A stretch of DNA of 64,000 nucleotides from Octopus vulgaris (Eukaryota), in assembly GCA_951406725.2 (NCBI GenBank), contig OX597831.1, positions 12,586,001 through 12,650,000 on the forward strand, given 5' to 3'. Under the pieces are notes generated by a model, which was not told where the DNA came from, ran no database searches, and was given only the letters and a program-made list of their open reading frames with translations. The translations under genes and the position numbers were made by a program. Position 1 is the stretch's first letter. Each line of letters begins with the position of its first letter. This document shows, piece after piece, positions 54,742 through 64,000 of the stretch.

Positions 54742-55080
54742 CATCATCATCATCATCATTGATTAATGTCTGCTTTCCCTACAGGCATGGGTTGGACGGT
54801 TTGACTGAGGATTAGCAAGCTGGGAGGCTGCACCAGGCTCCAATCTGATCTGGCAAGGCTTCTACAGCTGGATGCTCCTCCTAATACCAACCACTCTGAG
54901 AATGTAGTGGGTGCTTTTTACATGCCACTGGCATGGGAGCCAGTCAGGTGGCACTAGCATCGACCATGCTCAAAAGATGCTTTTATGTGCCACTGGCATC
55001 GGTCATGCTCAAATGGTGCTTTTTATGTACCACTGGCATGGGTACCAGTCAGGTGGCACTGGCATCGGCCATGGCTACAA
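54742..55080 (-). mobile_element. RTE 3'-end repeat copy
   Basis: Homologous to 34646-35168, with (CAT)n at the left end. Confidence 0.6.
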
Positions 55081-55937
55081 TACATAAATATAAATTATAC
55101 AAGTTTATTAACAATTTACTGTGGATGGCACTAGTCTGGTGGCTGCAGGAATTTGAAGTTCCCTCTTGTAAATTAGTGCAGATTGTAAGAAGTTTTTTAG
55201 ACTATCATTGTTTGGAAAGTCAGTGTTACCTGTGCTACATGAATATTAGTAAGAAAGTTAGCAACAAATTTCAATTAAGTGAAAATTAATCAGTATCCAA
55301 AACACTATTTTAATATATTGATGATTCATCCATGAAACCAGTTCCCTGTGGTTGCTTACTCAATCTGTAAAATATAGCACCCAAACATCCCTAAAATAAC
55401 ACTTGACTAAAAAAAAAAAAAAAAGAAAAGCATGCAATAATGTAATTTTAGATACACTGTGTCTAACTAAAAGAAGATATGGTCATACCTGGAGTGCCTT
55501 TGCTCAGAAGGTCAAACTAGAAGCTAATTAACATGATGTTAAATGGCTATGATGATGATAAATTAGAAAGTTTGCTAATTTAATAAATCTTTAAAATTAT
55601 TGATTATTTTGAAAATTAAAACATGAAGAACAGTGATTTCTTGTTTAAAATATTGAATGCTATACTAAAAAAGAACACGAAATTCTCTCTTATTATGCAG
55701 AAAGAAATCCAATGACAAACATGTTCAAAGAAAACAAGAAACTTAAATCCTTTAAAATCTCCTGAGATCTCCATATCTTTAAAGTAATATTTCTTGTAAA
55801 CAGTAAAATTTCCCTAACATCCAAAACATTGAACCTGTTTAGTAAACTCAAAATAGTTTGAGTTTGTTGTGAATTTTCTTTCCATCAATAGCAACAGATA
55901 CATGGAGTGCCTTTGCTCAGAAGGTCAAACTAGGAGC

Positions 55938-56002
<65 letters not shown>

Positions 56003-59000
56003 CGTATTGGGTGTTTGGTCTTTCAGATTCTAAACTATGACAATATTCATGATAGCAATATAGTTCCACATAGTTCAAGTGTAGAATAACTGCTGCATAC
56101 TGTGTGCCAGAGGAATAATAATGTATTACAGTCACAGAATACAACAAAGAGAAATACTTGCAAAATCTTTGACTTAAAAAAAGATGTTGTCTTGCACAGC
56201 AACCATATACAAAAAATAATAATGTAACAAGATAGATGGAGAGAGAAAATGACAGAGAAAGAAAGGGATAAGAGAAAGAGGGAAGGTACAATGGTGCAAA
56301 AAAAGTGTAAGACTTGAAAAAAATCAGAACCAGCATAATTGAAGAGGGATTTTGAAGAATAATGTAGAGTATGAACTGCAAGACAAACATCAAAGTACAT
56401 GGTAATGGTCAAAATATATGACAAAGATTGAAGGACAAGAGGGAGGCCTTGTAAAAAATCGAGATGAGAGAGAGAGAGAGAGAGATGAAAGTATAGCAAA
56501 AGTCTAAGTACAAGAGATAGTTCAGAGTACAAGCAATGTAGTAAATAGTGAAGCATCAAAATACCAGTGAGATAGAATGAGCAAAATACAAGAGGAATAC
56601 AAAAGTGCAGAAGAGAGAGTATGAGTTAGAAATCAAAGTACAAATAAAGAAATCAAAGTTGAAGTGAAAGATGTTGAGAGGAAGAAAGTGAGATATTGAG
56701 AGTACAAGACAGGTGAGGCTAGAATAATTTATGCCAAATGAAGGAAGGGCACACACTATGACTTTTACAGAACTTCCAAGACGGCTGTGTAGGGGTGAAG
56801 TGGACAGGCTTTGGGCTTCTACACAGTTTGCATCTGCTCAATTTCACTCAAAGGTTTTTGTTGATGCCAAGGTTGCAATAGCAGACACCTGCTCAAGGTG
56901 TGCAGTAGGGCTTGAAATTGGAACCATAGAGAGTAGAATACAAGAGAATAAAATGTATGTATCTATCAGTGAGATAAAAGAGAAGTAAAATAAGAGAAAG
57001 TAAAAATACGAAGCAATAATAAGTGCATATATTATACATAAATACAATCTAGATAAACAATACCTGCTTGTATATTAACACAGAGATGACAAATTATAAC
57101 TGAAAATGAATAGCACTGCAAAATAGAAAAATGTGGTTAACTTTATTTTTACATCTTGTTTTGAATAATTTAGGAAGCTTTAAAGAAACATTGGACGTTA
57201 TCACTTCTGTTACATTGTATCACCGCTATTAACGAGAATGTAGAATTATTACTGCTACTATCATCACTACCACTACGACCAACACCTATATCACCATACG
57301 AAGTGGTATTATATATTTTACACAAGTAATAAGCATTATAGACAGGAATGAAGGAAGAAAGATCTGTCAAACAATAGACAATATTTTAGCAATTCTCATT
57401 TGTATTTGAGCTTGGCCATACAAGCCAATGATAGAACTTTTGTGAAGGTAACCACCCTGCTAAAAAATAGTAACAAAGTTTCCATCAAATTACACTGAAT
57501 TATGATGCAATTCTAGATACACAAGAAAACAAGGGTTTGCTCATGAATGAAATGCCTTTTATCAGAGGACAACTTTGTACTATGATCCAGCAACATTTTG
57601 GCTTTAAATAATTGTGGGAAAAAAGCTGTGGGTTACCGAAGTAAAAAACAAGAACGATTCTACCTTTGATAAATATTGTCCTAAACAAAGATATTTAACT
57701 TCATCTGTATTTGTTTATTCCAAAACACTTTTGGAAGTCATACAGAATCCTAGTATTCTAAAAGGAATTTTAGGTATGTAGAAAAGAAACTTTAGTACCA
57801 GAATAAAATAATTCCAATGCTTAGTTTTATATCAGTGTAAACACAAGACTATCATTGTTTCAAAAGAGAATTGAAATTTATGTACGAATATCAAATACAA
57901 ACTATTTTTGCTTTTATTGCTAAATTTGTCAGAGACAATTTCATTTATGAATAAAACTTTTCATTTGATGTAAGAGATGGACAGAAAAGTTGTAGTTTTT
58001 CTAGTGAAAACAGAAAAATTTGACTATCTAAATTCTTAGTTATATACTCAGAAGAGAAATAAATATCAGTCAACATTTTCACAGTGGCTTTATATGAGTG
58101 TGTATGTAAGTGTGTCTTTGAGCGTGAAAATTTCCAACATTTTAAATATAAACACAGGATTGAATGATTTAGAAGGCTAATTCAAAGGATAGAATTTGAA
58201 TTAATATCGAGAAGAACATTTTATGATTAATTATGAGAGAGATAATAGAGCATGTAATATAGAAAATGTGTTATTAAGATAATAGCACTCAAGCCATCAG
58301 TAGACAGAGAAACTGTCATCATGGCTTGCTTGTATACAAAATAGATTAGCTAACAAACTAGATTTGTTTTTATGACACACTACAGCATCATTTCACTGAT
58401 TAATGACAACAATTAATTAGAAAGAATTTACTAATCATGTTAGTAATTGGATAGCTCCACTGGTGTTCATAATAATTATAGCCATAATGACAGTAAATTG
58501 CATGTTTTTAATTCCATTACTACAAAAGTACTTAGGTGAGAAAGAGGCAACTAGAGCTGCCTCCTCCCTCAAAATAGTTAAAGCCCTCAACTAGATTTCA
58601 ATTTAAAATGCAAATAAAAAGATGAGAAATCAGAATGGATTTCATGCTCTGGAACATGGTAAAGCAATGATTCAACTAAAGAAATCGAGTTATAGTTAAG
58701 TAATTATCAGAGTCTATTTTATAAAACTGTTTTTATGTTAATGATAATTACACAAGCTAAGTGAAGATATGAATGCAGCTGGATATTATGTAGATAAATA
58801 TTCTGCTTGCCATGACAGAATCAATGCAAGCATTTGAACGGGGGTGTTTGAATAAAATAGTTCATTTCTAATATGTAAGTGGTGTAGATCTCTTCGTTAC
58901 AGGAAAGATATGGGGAGAAAAGCTAATTCAATGCTACTTAATCCACTTCAAATAGTGTGTGCACAAAAGGTGTAATGGAATTTCAAGCAAACCAAGAGAG

Positions 59001-60079
59001 TGAGCATTAAATGCCACGATAAAAATGTCCAAACTTTAAAGATATTATCAGAATTAATTGTTGCTTTCAAATATCAGATAACATTCCTTATCTCAATTGC
59101 TTTCTCGCAGCAGAAAAACTAAAAGGAAAATAGAGATTGAAGCTTCTACAAAATTCAGAAAACCAATTGCAATTTTTTTTCTGTATGTTTTTTAGCGTAG
59201 GAGTTTCTTTCCTACTGTCTATTGTATTTGCCTTCTTGTCTATATTACTGTTTCTCTGCTTAGGCTGTATACTAAACAATATACATATTCATTCAAGCTT
59301 AAAACTTTAGTTTCAATAAAAACCTATATCAATTTTGCTCAAACTTTGAAGGCTATGGAAATCATTTGTTTGTTTCAAATGAAAATGTAACACTTTTAAA
59401 GCAAAACAAAACTAAGATAAAAAGGTTTTGGTTGGAGAATTTATTTAAATTTTGCTACAGATTTATTAATCAAACATTAACAAAAAAAGTCAGCTGAATC
59501 TGCTTTTTATATTTTAATAGCTTTCTTGTTTATGAATATGTATAAAAAAAAAGACCCAACTTATTTATGAATATATATTGTTGAAAATTACATATCAGAG
59601 AAAAGTCCATTTTGTGGGCTTCATTTATCTCATGGATTTAGAGTTTTCTCTCAGACTGCTCCACTCAACATATGCTGATAAGGCTTTCACCAAAGCACAT
59701 CCTATCAAATCTAGTGGCACATAGCTTAGTAGCTAGGTTATTAAACTCATGATTATTAGATTGTGGTTTCAATTCCTGGGTGAGGCGATGCATTGTGTTC
59801 TTGAACAAGACACTTCATTTTATGTTGCTCCAGTCAACTCAGCTGGCAAAAAATGAGTAATCATGTGAAAGACCAGCATCCTGTCCAGGGGGAAAAACAT
59901 ATGCGCCACAGAAACCAGGAAGCTGGCCCTATGAGTCTACATAATAAAAAAAAAAAGCTCAGGATTCACTTGTGTTTCCTACCAACTGCATTTTTCTCAG
60001 TATATTAATTATCTAGTGTTTCTTCTATTTGTAGATAAGACTAGTTGTCATTCCTTTTTCTTTTTATTTCTTAATTTGT

Positions 60080-60700
60080 CTTATATTTGTTTAAAGGTGG
60101 GTGCTGAGCACATGGCTTCCACAGCCCAACTGACACTAGTGTGATGGATGCAGTTAATATTCTTCTTGAACAGCTGCAAGTAAATGGCTGCAAGAAAAAC
60201 AAGTGCAAGATGGGGACATCAGAGTGTGGCATTTTTGCAAGGAGGAATTGCAAATATTGTTTCACATATGATCTCAGCATGGTATAAACACAATATATAT
60301 GTGGGAAAATATTGAGAAACAAGAGTTCCTGAGAGGAATGTCACAAAAATAGTAGTCAGAGTAGGAGAAAAGGAACCAGTATATATGTTGGTCAGAGGGT
60401 GAAGTGTATATAGTGACTTCATGCTAATTATTTGATGACCTTTCTTTAGATTCAGTCTAGTATATGTAGCAGCAGCACTGTCCAAGATGTAGGAGCAGTA
60501 CTCCACTGTCAGTTACAGCTGCCCTTTGTAGAAGGTCAGTGGTTGTTAAAGGCTGAAGTATTTTCTGGCCTTGAAGAAAAAGGCAAATCTTTGTCAAGTA
60601 GCCTTTGGCATGCGGAGCTTATATGTAGGGCAAGAGAGATCCTCAATAATGAAATGGTCAAGCATTTATAGCAGTTTGAAGAGTTCTAGCTGCAGGTTTA
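60080..60700 (-). mobile_element. Decayed CR1/Jockey-group LINE ORF2 C-terminal fragment
   Basis: Minus strand reads LTFYKGQL*LTVEYCSYILDSAAAT, resembling LYKAQIRPTMEYCSHIW. Confidence 0.6.
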
Positions 60701-60739
60701 AGTGGGGACACAATATTTGCTTGGTATGTATCATGTCTT

Positions 60740-61120
60740 TTACTTGTTTCAGTCAATGGACTGTGGCCATGCTGGGGCAATGCCTTGGAGGGTTTAATTG
60801 CAAACAACCCCAGTATTTATTTTTAAGTTTGATACCTAGTCTGTTGGTCTCTTTTGCCAAAATGCTAAGTTACAGAGATGTAAACAAACTCTCACCCTTT
60901 GTCAAGTGGTGGTGGGGACAAACACAAGCATTACACACATGCACACACACAGATGACAGGCTTCCTTCAATCTCCATCCACCAAATCCACTGACAAGGCT
61001 TTGGTTGGCCTGGGGTCTATAGTGGAAGACACTATGCCAAGGTGCTGTGCAGTAAAACTTGAACCCAAGACCATATGGTTTGGAAGCAAGCTTTTTAACC
61101 ACACAACCACAGCTGTACCT
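60740..61120 (-). mobile_element. Octopus-type tRNA-SINE
   Basis: Reverse-complement homolog of 38071-38470. Confidence 0.7.
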
Positions 61121-61494
61121 TTAATTTCTAGATTTCTAGACGTTTTCCATCATGTGCTTTACTTGTCTGACTTCATGTTTTTTTTGCTTTTCTTCATTTT
61201 TCGTGTGTGTATGCACATGTGTGAGTGTATGTATGTTTTATTGATTTAAAGTGTTTATTGGTAGTGCAAATAAGAGTACTGATTACAAAAGTTATGAACT
61301 ATACTACAGAATTTTATTTTAGTTTCTACTTCACAATGCTATTAAATATTTTGTAAACCATAAAAATAATTTAAAGAGTGATAGCAAGAGAAAATGATAA
61401 ATTATATATTTTGACCATATCAAATGACTGTTCCATGGTCTGAGAGAAAATATGATTTACAAAACGAATAAAATTTCAGTAAATCTAAAATACA

Positions 61495-62333
61495 AAAATC
61501 AAAATCAAAATCAAATCAAAACAAATCAAAATAGATGAACATCAATGGAATTTGTATCTTTGTGGTACCAGTGCCGGTGGCACACAAGAGAAAACCATCC
61601 GAAAGTGGCCGTAGCCAGTACCACATCGACTGGCCTCCGTGCTGTGGGCACATGACAAACACCATCCGATCGTGGCCGTTCGCTAGCCTCATCTAGCACC
61701 TGTGTCGGTGGCACATAAAAACACCATCCGAAGACCCGGCAAGACTAGTCAGGCCATAACCCATGGCCCCTACCTGGGACGTAGTCAGTCCACCTGTGCA
61801 TACCTTCCTTCTTGTGACACTTGTGAAGACCTGTTGAGGCAAGTGAAAATCAAAACAAATCAAAGTAGATGAACATCAATGGAATTTGTATCTTTGTGGT
61901 ACCAGTGCCGGTGGCACGTGGCACACAAGAAAACCATCCGAATGTGGCCGTAGCCAGTACCGCATCGACTGGCCTCCGTGCTGTGGGCACGTAACAAGCA
62001 CCATCCGATCGTGGCCGTTTGCCAGCCTCATCTGGCACCTGTGTCGGTGGCACATAAAAACACCATCCGAGCGTGGCCGTCTGCCAGCCTCGTCTGGCAC
62101 TGTGTCGGTGGCACATAAAAAACACCATCCGAGCGTGGCCGTTTGCCAGCCTCGTCTGGCACCTGTGTCGGTGGCACATAAAATCACCCACTACACTCTC
62201 GGAGTGGTTGGCGTTAGGAAGGGCATCCAGCTGTAGAAACACTGCCAGATCTGACTGGACTGGTGCAGCTTTCGGGCTCCCCAGACCCCAGTTGAACCGT
62301 CCAACCCATGCTAGCATGGAAAGCGGACGTTAA

Positions 62334-62366
<33 letters not shown>
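61495..62366 (+). mobile_element. Two adjacent RTE 3'-end copies with internal ~60-bp tandem repeats and a (GAT)n tail
   Basis: About 61510-61730 is duplicated at about 61845-62070. The unit GTGGCACATAAAAACACCATCCGAGCGTGGCCGTTTGCCAGCCTCGTCTGGCACCTGTGTCG recurs, and the element ends GGACGTTAAAT(GAT)n. Confidence 0.75.
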
Positions 62367-62581
62367 TAACAAGTTATAAGGATAATAAAATTCTAATAAG
62401 ATTGTAATAATATATTTTATGTTTTTCCTTTTTTTCTTTTGCTTTTCAAATTTTTATGAAGAGAGTGTTACCCACAAGATGTCTTTTGCAGGGCTTGCAG
62501 TATAGTGAAGAAAAAGAAGAAACCACAATTCATAAATTGCATCAGTGAGCAATGCTTCAGGATATCTTCTATAATCTCAAG

Positions 62582-62767
62582 ATACAGTTCTATGTTTAAG
62601 AAATGAGGAATTGTGTACATTATTTACATTTGAAGGATAATTTTCCTCATCTTGTTTGTTGTTAACAGAATGTTTCAGTTGATATACCCTCCAGTCTTCA
62701 TCAGGTATCTTGGGGAAATTTTGAACCTGGGTTCTCATTCTTAAGGTATTTTTCGATGTTGTTGTTG

Positions 62768-62845
<78 letters not shown>

Positions 62846-62930
62846 TCACTGCCTGGAATTGAACTTGGAATCTTGGGGTTAGTAGCCTGTGCTCTTAACC
62901 ACTATGCCTGAATTCGATTCCAGGCAGTCA

Positions 62931-62977
<47 letters not shown>

Positions 62978-63131
62978 GTAATAATAATAACATTGAAAAA
63001 TACCTTAGGAATGAGAACCCAGGTTTGAAACTTCCCCAAGACACCTGATGAAGGCTGGTGGGTATATCAGCTGAAACATTGTGTTAACAACAAACACGAT
63101 GAGGACAAATATCTGTCAAATGTAAATAATG
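62582..63131. mobile_element. Palindromic tRNA-headed element with hammerhead motifs in both arms and a 10-bp TSD
   Basis: Inverted arms at about 62616-62863 and 62913-63133. TAATCTCAAG is directly repeated at 62572-62581 and 63132-63141. A tRNA-like head lies on the minus strand at 62908-62841. Confidence 0.8.
63040..63085 (+). ncRNA. Minimal type I hammerhead ribozyme motif (Penelope-type)
   Basis: Stem I GACAC/GTGTT, core CTGATGA(A), stem II GGCTGGT/ATCAGCT with a GGGTAT loop, then GAAA-CA-TT (likely CpG-decayed from GAAACGTT). Confidence 0.65.
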
Positions 63132-63366
63132 TAATCTCAAGTTGATCTTAGACTTGTAAAGAAAACTGGTTTGACAAAAATTGAGTAGCAGTCTGTCTCA
63201 GTTTAACCTCGAAGAAGCAGTTCACTTGTTGCTTCTTTCTTTTACCAGTCTTTGAGAAGATCAAAAAAAAAAAAAAAATCAAGGAAAACAAAATTCAAGG
63301 GCAATGCTCTTCTTTCTTTGAAGAAAAGATTTTTTTATTTTTAATTTTATGTTTCAAGTTCAACTG

Positions 63367-63410
<44 letters not shown>

Positions 63411-64000
63411 GATGTGTTTAAAAATAACTTAAGAGAACTCTTTTAGAAGACAATTTCAGATAATGTTGCTGCATGCAGTGATATAAGCTTTCTTGTTGCG
63501 ACTATTAGTCATTTTATTGTAAGGAATCGGAAAGAAAATGGTGAGTAACCAATTAACATTAAAGCAGAGATTTCTTTGTTCTGTGTAGATGGGGGAAAAA
63601 ATAACAAAAAGAAATACAACAGAAAATAAGAAACTACTTAGGAGCAATTAGCTTTGACCTCTGCAACCAAAGCAATCTCCCACTGCTTCTGATATTATTG
63701 CTGACTTTCAGTCTTATTGTTGGTGTATGCGTACACCCACACACACACGTATATCTATACATACATACATACATACACACAGACACACATTAATTTTCTT
63801 TTTTGAAATCATATAGACATTTTTCAATTCATGTAGCCTATTTTCAGTAGGTCTTTGATAATGGTTCTTTTACCAAAAATTTAGCATAAAATTCTATGAG
63901 CGAATCAACAGCTGAATAATGCTATATTTAAGCGACTTTATATTTAAATCTATATGATATAAGATGGAAATCGAGTTTGAAAGGAAATAGGAAATAAATA

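Noticed and set aside
55941-56756. Hydrophobic minus-strand ORFs of 150-170 aa
   Set aside because: They arise from purine-rich low-complexity DNA and (GA)n/(TA)n tracts, with no recognisable motifs.
61900-62190. Regularly spaced ~60-bp GC-rich repeats resembling a CRISPR array
   Set aside because: The intervening sequences are themselves repeated, so there are no unique spacers. There are no cas genes, the context is eukaryotic, and the units belong to an RTE 3' region.
62841-62908. Possible tRNA gene
   Set aside because: It has A/B boxes but no complete acceptor stem or cloverleaf; it is a SINE-type head. The same applies to 38970-39040.

Overview
AT-rich, repeat-dense animal genomic DNA. 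The SINE/RTE families, the long (TA)n/(AAT)n tracts and a nad5 NUMT point to an octopus or other coleoid cephalopod (inference). The only convincing large coding element is a minus-strand first coding exon (12677-11773). It encodes a disordered N-terminus whose motifs resemble, from recall, the N-terminal extension of Drosophila eye-specific diacylglycerol kinase RdgA (type IV DGK). A 59-nt candidate minus-strand exon at 51431-51489 ends in the same splice phase, so much of the window may be intron of this DGK gene. The remainder is tRNA-derived SINEs, decayed Penelope/RTE/CR1/Tx1 retroelements, Tc1/mariner, pogo, piggyBac and Helentron-type non-autonomous DNA elements, and microsatellites. 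Nearly all other ORFs in the track are microsatellite or repeat artefacts. The four most interesting signals are: (1) tRNA-headed SINE-like elements carrying minimal hammerhead-ribozyme motifs, one as a ~550-bp TSD-flanked palindrome; (2) an intronic sequence complementary to the small exon, a candidate A-to-I editing or splicing duplex; (3) a chimeric mitochondrial nad5 plus 28S rRNA insertion bracketed by a 73-bp duplication; (4) repeated LxVP plus RSxS-hydrophobic-D modules in the RdgA-like N-terminus. All family assignments are by eye, with no database search.
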